64,000 bases of DNA from the IMG/VR virus record IMGVR_UViG_3300009103_000003, positions 1 to 64,000 of that record; one strand, given 5' to 3'. Every line of letters starts with the position of its first letter. Position 1 is the stretch's first letter. Position numbers and translations under genes: made by a program. Of this stretch, positions 17,814 to 28,300 are shown piece after piece. The notes beneath the pieces were generated by a model. The model saw only the letters and a list, made by a program, of their open reading frames with translations. It ran no database searches and was not told where the DNA came from. The stretch comes from a virus.

Positions 17814-18410
17814 ATGAAATCTTGGTTTGCGAAAAGATTCTACATTGTAGCCATCTACTGGTGGTGCCTGTGGAGCCGTCTATATCGGTTTCTTTATCAT
17901 AGGAAGTACAAGAATTTCGTCGCACCTAAAGGCTACCTAACAATAGATGAGGCCAATCGAGAGATGGCCAAACTTACTTGGACCAAAGATGGCACCAAAG
18001 AACTTTGGGATTCCATGGGCTCGGATGGTTGGGTCCAATACGTACTTAATTGCATTGATGCCGGGGAGGGCCAACCAGTCGGAGCACTAGATTGCGACGA
18101 CTTTAGCTACTGGGCTTCCAGGGTCTTGCAGGATCGATATAACGCAGTAATATTCGTATTTTCCTGGATTAGTGATAAAAAGCTACTAGGGCATGCGATG
18201 TGTTGGTGCGAACTTGATGGGAGCTATGTTCATATTGGGAATTGGGGACAGTCGAGTCCGTACAACTCCCTCAAGCCCGCTTGCGTGGACATCTTAGATA
18301 TGTACAGCGAGTCCAGTCCTATTGGTTGGGCCCTGTTAACAAATAATTTATGGCCGATTACATGGGGCGTAGGCCTTCCCGGCGAAGAGGTTACCAATGG
18401 ACAACACTAA
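17814..18410 (+). CDS. Transglutaminase-like / papain-fold cysteine peptidase
   Basis: ALDCDDFSYW (DCDD catalytic Cys motif), GHAMC (His) and downstream IGNWG. Aromatic, basic N-terminal segment. Confidence 0.7.
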   Translation: MKSWFAKRFYIVAIYWWCLWSRLYRFLYHRKYKNFVAPKGYLTIDEANREMAKLTWTKDGTKELWDSMGSDGWVQYVLNCIDAGEGQPVGALDCDDFSYWASRVLQDRYNAVIFVFSWISDKKLLGHAMCWCELDGSYVHIGNWGQSSPYNSLKPACVDILDMYSESSPIGWALLTNNLWPITWGVGLPGEEVTNGQH

Positions 18411-19260
18411 CTTACGACATGCACTTATTAAGGTCGCAGCACGCAACAGTTTTAGAGAGGCATTTGTTGACGAGCTAGTGAAGATTGACCCTGAATTCGA
18501 GAAGTTCGCCTGGGCTTGGGCCAAGAGAAAAGCCGGTCAAGCGTGGAGTGGGATGAAGCGGGCAGGACGCTGGGCTAAAAATAACCCTTGGGCCGTTGCT
18601 GACGGTCTCCTGACTGCTTCTATGTTCATCCCCGGCGTCAATGTCGTGGGAGCAGGGTTGCGCGGAGCCTCCCTAGCAGCCAGAGGTGGTATGGCCCTGT
18701 ATAGAGCGAATAAGCTCAGAAAGGGTCTTCAGGCAGGTAAGACTCTAGCGACAGGCGGCGCAAAGCTCACGCAGGGATACCAAAAATTACGTCAAGCAGG
18801 CATGGGTGCCCAACAAGCACTCAAACAAGTTGGCGGCATGAAAAACGCGCTGACAACACAAGGCCAAATAGCCAAGTATACGCAACAAGCGAACAGACTT
18901 AAGAACCAAGCCTCTACCGCATTCAAAGGGATGAACCCGCTCAACAGAGGCGGGATGGGCATGGGTAAGGTTACTCCAGGAAACACTTGGAGTGCGATAG
19001 GCAAGGGTGGCCCGCTCTGGAAGGGCGGCAGAATATTAAAGGCAGGGCCCCAGGTTGGTGGGAAAACGAGACAAGCTTTACGCCTTGGCGGGACTGCTGC
19101 TGGTGGCAAGTTTATGTACGATTCTGCCACAAGAGACTATAAGAAGAACCCTCTAGGAACATTTGGTGACGCCGCTACCTTTGGTGGTGGCCCAATGACG
19201 AATCGTGGCGGCGGTTCGTCGTATACTGGGGTCATTGGGGCCGCAGGCGCGAGGAGATAA
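18397..19260 (+). CDS. Basic protein with acidic leader ending EKFA and a hydrophobic segment; putative ejected membrane-active protein
   Basis: Leader ...FVDELVKIDPEFEKFA, then WAWAKRKAG...; hydrophobic AVADGLLTASMFIPGVNVVGAGL. Confidence 0.75.
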   Translation: MDNTNLRHALIKVAARNSFREAFVDELVKIDPEFEKFAWAWAKRKAGQAWSGMKRAGRWAKNNPWAVADGLLTASMFIPGVNVVGAGLRGASLAARGGMALYRANKLRKGLQAGKTLATGGAKLTQGYQKLRQAGMGAQQALKQVGGMKNALTTQGQIAKYTQQANRLKNQASTAFKGMNPLNRGGMGMGKVTPGNTWSAIGKGGPLWKGGRILKAGPQVGGKTRQALRLGGTAAGGKFMYDSATRDYKKNPLGTFGDAATFGGGPMTNRGGGSSYTGVIGAAGARR

Positions 19261-19263
19261 CCC

Positions 19264-20229
19264 ATGCCTGACGTGCAGGTACATTGCAGAACAGCACCAT
19301 TTGGTACCCCAGGAAGCACTCCACTGGATGGGGTTGTCGTATCTCTGCACCCAAATGGTGGTGGGCCTGCGCTTGCTACTGGCACAACTGGTCTAGCTCC
19401 TAATGACCCTGGGAGCGTTTTTCTTGGGGTGTTTGCAGCAGGCGTATATGAGGTTCATGTAACCCCGCCTCTTGGCGCTGCGACAGTTCAAGAGGGGAAT
19501 CTTCATTCCATAACTGTAGACGCGGTTATGGACCCACAAGTTTTTGATGTATTGGTCGATGTGTCTGCGTTGCCTGTTGCAACGGACGATCATTTCTGTA
19601 GGTGTTCTGGCACTTTCATGGACTCTCACGGGCGTCCAGTTGACCAATTAAGTATCCATTTTTCAGAAAATACAATACCGGAACTTGCTTATTACGCAGG
19701 TCCAAACACAGCAAATGCTATTATCCCTAAAACACAGGTTATCCGCACTAATGCTTCTGGCCATGCCGTAGTAGATTTATTGAGAGGTGCTACTTACCAA
19801 GTATATATGGAGGGGTTTGAGAACCTATCGAGAACGATAGAGGTCCCAAATCTTGCTGCTACATCATTGCCTGATGTTATTTTCCCAACCGTTGATGGTG
19901 TTGAATACACTTTTAACGGCGGACTATTACCGGTTAATAACCCGGTATTAAACCTTGGTGTCGGGCAACAAGCAGTTCTCTCTTTAGAGACCGTTCATAG
20001 AAGCGGCTTGAGGGTAGAAGGACTTGTTGCTGTGTCACTTACATCAAATGATGTAGGAGGAACTATTATAGATTTATCTTATACAGACAATAGCACCATT
20101 ACAGTTACCACCGTTGGTGTTGGTACTGCTCTACTCCAAGTTGCCCGCGTAGCGCCAGATGAAGAAATGGGGATTTCCATTTCTCCTGAGCCTGCGCTTA
20201 GGGGAACTTTGAGTGTCATCGTCACGTAA
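19264..20229 (+). CDS. Beta-rich virion structural protein (carboxypeptidase-regulatory-like plus Ig-like domains)
   Basis: CRCSGTFMDSHGRPV...TNASGHAVVDLLRGATYQV...RTIEVP. The C-terminal VSLTSND..IIDL....ITVTTVGVGTALLQV resembles a bacterial Ig-like (Big_2-type) domain. Confidence 0.65.
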   Translation: MPDVQVHCRTAPFGTPGSTPLDGVVVSLHPNGGGPALATGTTGLAPNDPGSVFLGVFAAGVYEVHVTPPLGAATVQEGNLHSITVDAVMDPQVFDVLVDVSALPVATDDHFCRCSGTFMDSHGRPVDQLSIHFSENTIPELAYYAGPNTANAIIPKTQVIRTNASGHAVVDLLRGATYQVYMEGFENLSRTIEVPNLAATSLPDVIFPTVDGVEYTFNGGLLPVNNPVLNLGVGQQAVLSLETVHRSGLRVEGLVAVSLTSNDVGGTIIDLSYTDNSTITVTTVGVGTALLQVARVAPDEEMGISISPEPALRGTLSVIVT

Positions 20230-20269
20230 TGAGCTATTTGCTGTTGAAAGCTACGGGAAGGGAGCCGGG

Positions 20270-20545
20270 GTGCCTTGGTATCTCAGGCTCTGGGCGGCTG
20301 TTGTTAGGCGTGCAGCAGTTGACTGGGTTCTTTATCACAACCACAAGAGTTTAAAATTGAAAAAAGTAGGAGCAGACGCTGGACAATGGATATTCCACGA
20401 CAGAAGTGAGGATCACATCTGCTCGTTTCCTATCGTCTGTGACATACTTGGTTTAGACCCGGACCTCGTACGCTCTAAAGTTACTAACCTCTCTGAAGAG
20501 GACGCTAGGCGACTTAGAGGTATGGAGTTCGGGGATGAGTGGTAG
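20270..20545 (+). CDS. Small conserved-looking phage protein (MPWYLRLWAAVVRRAAVDW...SFPIVCDILGLDP)
   Basis: GTG at 20270 has SD AAGGGAG 5 nt upstream, which I prefer to the track's 20213 start. RLWAAV..RA..D and SF..VC..LGLDP are a pattern recurrent in phages. Confidence 0.7.
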   Translation: MPWYLRLWAAVVRRAAVDWVLYHNHKSLKLKKVGADAGQWIFHDRSEDHICSFPIVCDILGLDPDLVRSKVTNLSEEDARRLRGMEFGDEW

Positions 20546-23500
20546 CAACAACTACACCGAAGAAGAAGTAGCCGCGAGAACGGAGGAACTCCAATCGGGC
20601 ACGGTTGTTGTGGATCGGAATACCGTTCAGCAAGCCACCGATATCGTCTCAAGCATCCAGGACCTAATCTTTCGTTCGATCAATGCGGATGTTGACTCGG
20701 TTTATTACTTCTTAAAGCTGTTAGTAAACAGGCATGTGCTGATTGCTTCTAAGATACTATCTAACATAGATTTGTTGGATAGATATGCTCCCGTCGCAAG
20801 GCAGGAAGACCCGCAACCAGACACCACCAAGCTTACTCGACTCATAGAGATCAGCGAGGAACTAGAGTTCGCAGGACCTGGGCAGAGAGAGGTTCTCTTA
20901 GCGGAGTTCACTAGAGTCACCGAAGCTCTTGCCAGTAGCAGCGTAACTCCCGGAGGCCACCTCAATGCGGGAATAAGCCCCTCTTACGCAAAAGAGCAGT
21001 CGCTTGCCTTGGCTGCGGAAACCGCTTTTTTGATAGAGGTCTTAGAAAAGGAGATTCCATATTTTCTTAACGGGATATCGAACTACTCCAGCGCAAACTT
21101 TGAGACGGTCTCTTTTGATACCCAAGCAAAGAAAGCGAAGGCGATACTAAGCGGTCACGAGGGGAACCCCGATCTATCAGGAGCAATACTTGATTCTGTT
21201 GTTCTCGCGTCACTACTCACACAAAAGAAAGAGACGAAGCGGGACATAACCATTCCCAAATACGAGGGTGTCGTTACGACTCTTCCGGGGACATCTGCGG
21301 AACTTCTTGGTGGGACAGACCCCTTCATTCTCCAAGAAACAGCGGCAGTAGAGGTAGAGGTTAATGGCGTAACCGGAACAACTGCGGATATTTCAGGTGA
21401 TAAATCAAACTCCCCCTCCATTGAGGTTTTCCTGAATCAGGGCATGTTTGTCAGGACTGAGGCCGGGGTACTTCATGAAGGGGTTTCTGGGTTCCAACCA
21501 GTTGTTGGGTACCAAGACTTTTCCTCTACCGGGCGCATAGACGGCAATGCACTAGACCAAAATAATGCCGCCGTTGAAACCCTGCCTTACCTAAAGGCCC
21601 CCACGCGCCCATCTACCGGATGGGCTCCGGGAGGCGCTGGGTACCAAAACAGAATAAATGTCCACACATCTGTGCATAATAATGGCCTAGACATTCCCAT
21701 TAGTTGTTTTGACGATGGCGTAACCGGGGATCTTATCAACTTCTCCAAGGTCCCTCACTCTCCTCACGTCATAACCCCGCAGCCCTTTCCGGACGGCATC
21801 GAAACCACGTTTGTTTTTCAAGGAACGGGCGGGGTGGATCAACCATTTCCCCACGTTTCCGAAGACACCCAAATAGGCATTGCCTTCATAGCCTATAGCC
21901 CTGACGCGGTAGTGTACACGCACACTTTTACGCCGACGGATACCCCAGGGGCTATCCACGGAGATGACGGGTTTTACCAGTGCACTGTTTCACCGGGCCC
22001 CCAATCAGACTGGTCTTGTGAGCTTAATTTCTTAACTGGTGAGGTCCGACTGCACTTTTTGAGCGGGACCGCCCCACCTAGCACAGCAGTCTTTATGGTT
22101 GACTCGTACTACACCAACCCAATATTTGGGAATGTTGATTATGAATCTGGTCATATCTGGCTGAAGCTCCCTTTTCCCTTAACGGAAGGGGCTCCCATAG
22201 TATGCGATTACGGGTACTACCCTATTGGTAGGTTCTGCAACCTAGACGTAAATGTTGACCCAATAACGGTTTGGTCCGAGGAGCCGTCCGGGTCTGGGAA
22301 CTGGGTAGTAAATATTCCGATACAGAGCCAGTTTAGTAGGTTCGGACTACATAAAGACAACGAGTTTATTTTTGATGTCTTACCTATACCCTCAAGCAGG
22401 GATGAATGGGTGGTGGGCCCTTCTCAGCTAAACGATATGCTTCGAGACTCTGATGTGAACGGCTCGGATATCAGCATAGAAAATACTCTCGATCACGGTG
22501 GGTATTACAAGTACCGCTTCAACTCACTTACTTCGGGGTCAATGTCTAGACTGTGCTTCCCACAGTATGAGACAGCAAAGATCAATCCAAGCCCTTTTGG
22601 GCCAACGTGGCTCCCAGGTAGCGAACCCAGCACTGTGAATCAGGCCATCTCAGCTTTATACGCGGTTCAAGGAGAAAGGTTCGGAAAAGATACCCTGTTT
22701 TCTGAACTCGTCACCGACCTAAGCTCAACAGAGCCCGGTGAGGGAGTGGATGTTGACTGCCCATATAAATCGACGGTATCTGGTGAAGATGTCATAAATA
22801 TAATGTTCGGGGTAGCCCCATCAATAGATGGGACCAAGTTTGAAACCACCGTTCTTCCTGACAATTTCGAGATTGGGGACGATATAAAGGTTCGTTGGTC
22901 CCCAGGGCTGTCCACACTTTCTAGGCCGTCCAGGGTGTTTCATACCAAAATTATATCGCTCGCACCACTACACGGGGACCCCGCAGACTTGGAAAAAGTG
23001 ACGGGCACAGTGCTCGAAGTCAATAGACCACTTTCTCTACCCGTAGACGAATCCTCGTCAGAAACCTTGGTGAGCCCGCTGTCCAGTAGCGGTGGTGACT
23101 GGGAGTTCGATGCTTCACGTAGCAAGATAAGGATTAAGTCCCAGTCGCAAGAGGCAAACAGTGCGCTATCGGTATTAAGTATTACTGGGTCTGGGCTTGG
23201 GTTTTCTGACAGCCAGACAGCGTCTGGGTTTTCTACAAATATCCTTCTTGCAAAGGTTGATCTGCACGGTGATTACCCACGAGCAGGTTATGAGATCCAC
23301 CCAAATGACGTTATTTTGGAGAAATTTTCACCGGGGTCCGGTGTAACACTGCGGCCTATCGGGAGAGTTGTCTCTGTCTCGGGAGACTCCTTATCCTTTG
23401 AGGTCCTTGGTGAGCCTACCGAGTATCCCTACTCCGAAATAAAAATAGTGGCATTAGGCTGGTTCAGGTACACGGTTATGCGCGAAAAGCTTTCCGGGGC

Positions 23501-23960
23501 TTTAGGGACCTTATCAAAGGCTATTACCGATAATTCTATCGTGAAGTCCGCGAATGTGTTCGTTCAATCGGGTTCGGGACAGGGTCAGTATATGACTTCC
23601 CTTTTTGAGTTCCGCACCGCCATAGACCTCGTGCGAAATGCTTATTTAGGGTATGATTCACACGTAGTTAAATCAGCAGAACAATTACTAAACACCTTAA
23701 AACAGGAGCGACTAACGCTCCCACTGAGCATGCTTATGACTGCCCAGTTTAATAAAGTGGCTGAGATTACGGTTGCTGAGGTTTCGGAGCAGATGAGCAT
23801 CGACAATTTATTATCACAAGCATTTGATTTATTAGGTGGTAATTCCGCCTTCTTTGATGTCTCCTACACACAGGATGTTCTGAACGATTACTACGAACGT
23901 GGCGAAGATGGGAATTACCCAAATGAGCCAAACATAGACACCTCGGGGGACCTATTATGA
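20535..23960 (+). CDS. Large baseplate/tail-associated structural protein (helical termini, beta-rich core)
   Basis: 1141 aa. GNVDYESGHIWL and ELNFLTGEVRL modules. Lies upstream of the gp25/gpJ-like genes. Confidence 0.65.
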   Translation: MSGSNNYTEEEVAARTEELQSGTVVVDRNTVQQATDIVSSIQDLIFRSINADVDSVYYFLKLLVNRHVLIASKILSNIDLLDRYAPVARQEDPQPDTTKLTRLIEISEELEFAGPGQREVLLAEFTRVTEALASSSVTPGGHLNAGISPSYAKEQSLALAAETAFLIEVLEKEIPYFLNGISNYSSANFETVSFDTQAKKAKAILSGHEGNPDLSGAILDSVVLASLLTQKKETKRDITIPKYEGVVTTLPGTSAELLGGTDPFILQETAAVEVEVNGVTGTTADISGDKSNSPSIEVFLNQGMFVRTEAGVLHEGVSGFQPVVGYQDFSSTGRIDGNALDQNNAAVETLPYLKAPTRPSTGWAPGGAGYQNRINVHTSVHNNGLDIPISCFDDGVTGDLINFSKVPHSPHVITPQPFPDGIETTFVFQGTGGVDQPFPHVSEDTQIGIAFIAYSPDAVVYTHTFTPTDTPGAIHGDDGFYQCTVSPGPQSDWSCELNFLTGEVRLHFLSGTAPPSTAVFMVDSYYTNPIFGNVDYESGHIWLKLPFPLTEGAPIVCDYGYYPIGRFCNLDVNVDPITVWSEEPSGSGNWVVNIPIQSQFSRFGLHKDNEFIFDVLPIPSSRDEWVVGPSQLNDMLRDSDVNGSDISIENTLDHGGYYKYRFNSLTSGSMSRLCFPQYETAKINPSPFGPTWLPGSEPSTVNQAISALYAVQGERFGKDTLFSELVTDLSSTEPGEGVDVDCPYKSTVSGEDVINIMFGVAPSIDGTKFETTVLPDNFEIGDDIKVRWSPGLSTLSRPSRVFHTKIISLAPLHGDPADLEKVTGTVLEVNRPLSLPVDESSSETLVSPLSSSGGDWEFDASRSKIRIKSQSQEANSALSVLSITGSGLGFSDSQTASGFSTNILLAKVDLHGDYPRAGYEIHPNDVILEKFSPGSGVTLRPIGRVVSVSGDSLSFEVLGEPTEYPYSEIKIVALGWFRYTVMREKLSGALGTLSKAITDNSIVKSANVFVQSGSGQGQYMTSLFEFRTAIDLVRNAYLGYDSHVVKSAEQLLNTLKQERLTLPLSMLMTAQFNKVAEITVAEVSEQMSIDNLLSQAFDLLGGNSAFFDVSYTQDVLNDYYERGEDGNYPNEPNIDTSGDLL

Positions 23961-24343
23961 GCAAACCAGAGCTAGGCCCACTAGCACCACAGGACTACTC
24001 CGCTCTGCAAGCAGGTGACTCTAAAGAGAAAAATGCTCAGAGGAAGACTGCCGCGCTCATCGAAGACGCTCTTGAGTTTTTACGGTTCACCGCCAGAACA
24101 AACGACTATTTTACTGGGTACTCCTTAGCCGAAGTTATAACTGAACGGCTTTCCTTGATCGGAGAAGACGGGAAAGACGATGATCCGGGAGCGTTTGTTT
24201 CGGGAACAAAGCGCACTTTGATTTCTAGGCTTAACTTCTTCCAGGAGACCCTTATAGGGGAAGATGGCGAAAGCGGCGCTATTGGCGCTGCAATGGAAGT
24301 AGACGATATCAGGGAATTAGATCCTGAAGGAGAGGCCACCTAA
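23957..24343 (+). CDS. Hypothetical baseplate-region protein
   Basis: ATGA overlap with the upstream gene and TAATG coupling with the downstream gene. Confidence 0.7.
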   Translation: MSKPELGPLAPQDYSALQAGDSKEKNAQRKTAALIEDALEFLRFTARTNDYFTGYSLAEVITERLSLIGEDGKDDDPGAFVSGTKRTLISRLNFFQETLIGEDGESGAIGAAMEVDDIRELDPEGEAT

Positions 24344-25365
24344 TGTTAGATGTGCAAGCAGTTTACGTAAGGGATATTGCCGAACTTCGCGGCATTCGTT
24401 ACGTGTCTATGTTGCGTGTGAACGCATTACCTGACACTGCTGTAGCATCAGGGTATGGGAGCGTTGCAGATACCATGTTCACCACAGTCTCTAGGGTGAC
24501 TGTGAATGGTTTCGCGGCCCATTACATTAAGGAAGGGTTAACCACACTTTTGGTAGCACTCCCTTCGGAATTGATGGAAAGCGGTACTCCTCTGAGAAGC
24601 GTTACAAACATAACCGTTTACCGAGCAGGGGTTGACGCAGATGGTGTTGAGGTAGAGGCACCCGAAGTCATTACCGATCTAGGTGGGGCGGGGGGCTCCG
24701 TAGACCATAAAGCCCCAGCCGGGTCTAGGCGCGTAACCATTGATGGCGGAATTTTACATATTACGGGCAAAAAATTTGACAAGGCGGTAGCTGTTCGCGT
24801 GAACAGATCCAACCAAGGGTACACCGTTATTGATTCACACACGATCCTATGCACAATACCGGATAAGGCTACTGCCATTGAGGACGTGGAAGTTATCACC
24901 ACGGCCAAGAAGATAAACCGACATTCCTTATTTGCCTATTTATTAACCGATAATGTCAATCTTATTACCGCTGAAGCAAAGCTAGTACAACAATTTATAA
25001 AGGTACTTCTCACAACCACTGGAAGTGATAAGTTTGCTCCTACGATTGGTGGCAATCTCCAAAATTGGGTGAATCAAAATGCTACCTCAGCAAATTCGCA
25101 GGCACTGGTCGCCAAGACAGTACTTAATGTAATTAATACTGCGGCCAAGTTCTCTGCCAGACAGGGGCTCTCGAACGTACCCCCTGAGGAGCGGCTAAGT
25201 GATGTTCAGGTGTTAAATGTTGGCTTTGATGGAGACGATCCAACTGTGATAGATCTTTCACTCCGGTTAAATACGTTTGCTAGGAGACAAGCTACAATCA
25301 GTTTGATGCTTGGGACTGCGGCAGAGGGTATATCATCGGCAGCAGAACAAGCACCTGTATTGTAG
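24343..25365 (+). CDS. Baseplate wedge protein: IPT/TIG-like domains plus C-terminal gp25/GPW-like domain
   Basis: ITGKKFDKAVAVRVN...YTVIDSHTILCTIP (IPT-like). KLVQQFIKVLLTTTGSDKFAPTIGGNL...PEERLSDVQVLNV (gp25-like). Directly precedes the gpJ-like gene. Confidence 0.75.
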   Translation: MLDVQAVYVRDIAELRGIRYVSMLRVNALPDTAVASGYGSVADTMFTTVSRVTVNGFAAHYIKEGLTTLLVALPSELMESGTPLRSVTNITVYRAGVDADGVEVEAPEVITDLGGAGGSVDHKAPAGSRRVTIDGGILHITGKKFDKAVAVRVNRSNQGYTVIDSHTILCTIPDKATAIEDVEVITTAKKINRHSLFAYLLTDNVNLITAEAKLVQQFIKVLLTTTGSDKFAPTIGGNLQNWVNQNATSANSQALVAKTVLNVINTAAKFSARQGLSNVPPEERLSDVQVLNVGFDGDDPTVIDLSLRLNTFARRQATISLMLGTAAEGISSAAEQAPVL

Positions 25366-25380
25366 GCGCGTGGGGTTATT

Positions 25381-28300
25381 ATGGCTAATAATGAAGAACT
25401 AAAAAGATATCTCACGGAGCGGCTTACGGACCTAGATCCAAGCTTGAGCGATTCGGCTGGCTCCTTGATGTACGTAAAGGTTATTAACCCTCTGTTGGTC
25501 AGACTGGGGACGGACCCGCTTTCGGTAGATATAGAGACCTTTATCCTAAGCAGATTGCAGGACGAGTTCCCCGCATTAGATGTGAAGTCTCCTGGGTCGG
25601 TCCTCCGGGATGTTTTAGTCAGCCCCTTAGTGTTGATACTTGAGCCCCTCCAAAGAGAGATTGAATTTCTAAGAACCCAGAATTCCCTTGCTGATAGCGA
25701 GTCGCTCACCGAGTCGGAGATGGACGCGTTACTGTCCAACGTCCTATCGGAACGGAAATTCGGGGAGTATGCCCGTGGCTATGTCCGCGTATATTTCAAT
25801 GCTGCCAGAGCAGTAGGGGTAGATGCCTCCATTGTATTCAGCACTGCTGGTGGCAACGGCTTCGTGGCAGAAGAAGCATTTACTTACGCTGTCACAGACA
25901 TGGTTCGATCTGGGAACCAGTTTTACCTAGATATCCCGGTAAGGTCGCAACAACCCACTACTGATGGGAATATTGGGTCGGGAGCCATAAAGTACGTTTC
26001 CGGACTAGAGGGTGTTGTCAGAGTAACCAATCTGACCGCGTTCACGGGCGGCGTCACAAAAGAAACAAATGAAGACTTCTTAATTCGCGCAGAGAGGAGT
26101 TTGTCGGAGCGGTCCCTAAACACGAAGAGGGGTATTGAAACTGCCATCCTAAACAGTTTCACTGATGTGGTCTCCGTCCAGATAGTTGGATATGGCGAGC
26201 CCGACATGAACCGGGACATTATCCAAGCCCGCGTTAAGGAAGAATTTGACGAAGATATTGGGCCACTAATTTACATGACGGCCAACTGGAGAACTCACGG
26301 GTTAAGACCCGGCGCTGGCGTAGTCCTCCCATTTACGAACACACTAGCCATAGTCGCACCGGACGAGAGCGCCATAGACGGTGGCTGGCCAGAGGAGCTT
26401 CTGCTTAGCTTGCTTCAGGCCAAGTACATCAGAGTATCGGATGGTAGCGGGCTTACATGGTCACATACTGGTGACGAACCCCCATATGGTGACTCCGATG
26501 GTGGCCCTGCTGGAGTGGACCCCTATAAAAAGAACACCTATGAGGACGGCCTTCTACATAGGGTTCGAGCGGTTGACGAGACGTTCTATAACGCTGCTGG
26601 GGACCATGAAGTATATATTCGTTTGAAGGACTTTGAGGTCTACCCGGAACCCGTAGACATTATGTCTCCTGTAGGCATCCCGGCGACTATTACATCGAGT
26701 GAGCCAGACGTTGGGCTAAATAAACGTTCCTATCAAGGATCAGCCTTCAAGATGATTGGTGAGATAGACAGTGGTGGGGTTCTCCACGACATTGTCCTAG
26801 GGGCACATCTCCCGTTTGCGGATTACGTTTACACGACCTTTGTTGGTACACAGATTCCACCAGCCATCGTTCCTGGGCGAGACTTCCTATACACATGGAC
26901 AGAGGACAAGAGTTGGTCAATAAACTTCAACGGGGATGACCTCGGACTTACCTACCCAAAGAAGGCGCGGCTGTGGCCATTAAAGACCTATTATTCTAAC
27001 TCTGAACTAGGTGTTGGTCGCATTGATAGCTTCATGGTTAGCAAAGGAAGGGCGGTCTACCCCGGTAAGGACCAGTATGTCTTTGACCCCTCTTTAGTAT
27101 TTTCACTAATGAGGGAGAATATTAAAATTGTCGATTACGGTTCCCCTAAATTCACTACTACAGATGATATAGTTGAGCGATTTGGCGGGCAAGAGACAGA
27201 GGAAGTCGGTAGGGGCCCTGGGGTGATGATTCAGGTGATGGAGGATTTAACCTCTCATACACCAGAAACTGAAACTTGGGCGAATCTCCAAGCGGCCCAT
27301 CCGTTACAAGTAGACTTGATTCTCCATGCTTCGCAACCCAAGTGGGCTGACCGAGGCGTGTCTGAGGGTCACTATGTCTGTTGCTCAATATACCGACATG
27401 ACACAGCGGGTATTTTTGACGGGAAGCTGGCGAACGTAGAGACCGATATCCAGTGGCAAGGCTGGGGAAGGGTTATCAAAGTTGGTGCTGGTACTCCGTG
27501 GCGTTTGCGCGTTGAGGGCTTGGACTTTGGTCCATTACACGAAAATAATTTCTGTAACTTCTCACCCGCGAATAGTGGGATTGTTACGATAAACGCAGTC
27601 CCCCAAGAGTTCTACAACGGCCTCGGCCAGGGTGCGTTGTTTGACACCACAATGATTCGCATGGAGTATGACGCCGCTTTCGCTGTTCTTGATCCCCGCC
27701 AGCCGTGGCAGGCAGATCCCTTCGCCCCTGCCGAACCGGGGTCCGGTAATCACGCAACGAAAGAACTGTTGGTCACCGATCCACTTCTTCTGCCACCCAC
27801 TCCTTGGGGACCCAATAAGCCGGGGATGAAACTGGAGATCATAAATCCTATCGCTGATGCGAACCCATTTTTTGTAGACGACAGTCTCGCGACGTACCCA
27901 TCTCTTCCACAAATGTTTGCCGGTATAATTGCGAAGCTCGCCACACATACATCCCTACAAGACTTCGCCAACAACCCCATTCTTTCCGCCACAGTAAACG
28001 GTGCTGGTAATGGTCTTATCTTCAAATGCGAGGTGCACGGCGAGTACGGTAACTCCATACAGATAGTGGAATGGACTCAGGATGGCAGTCCGTGTGGACA
28101 ATCGGGCAACCTTGCAGATGGTGTAGCACCATCGATTACACAATTAGCTAATTACTTGGCAGGCCGGTACTCGGTTGCTTTTGCTGCGGCTGATGCCGAG
28201 GTTCTTACTAATGCCGGGGAGGAACCGGCCAAGATTCGGATTTTCCAGAACGATAACTCGTTAGCCCCCGTGTATTACAATATCGAGTCTTCCACCATCC

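Noticed and set aside
20229-20354. Programmed -1 frameshift joining the TAATG-coupled ATG at 20229 to the 20270 ORF via CCGGGG
   Set aside because: No canonical slippery heptamer, and a GTG at 20270 with a well-spaced SD explains the downstream gene more simply.
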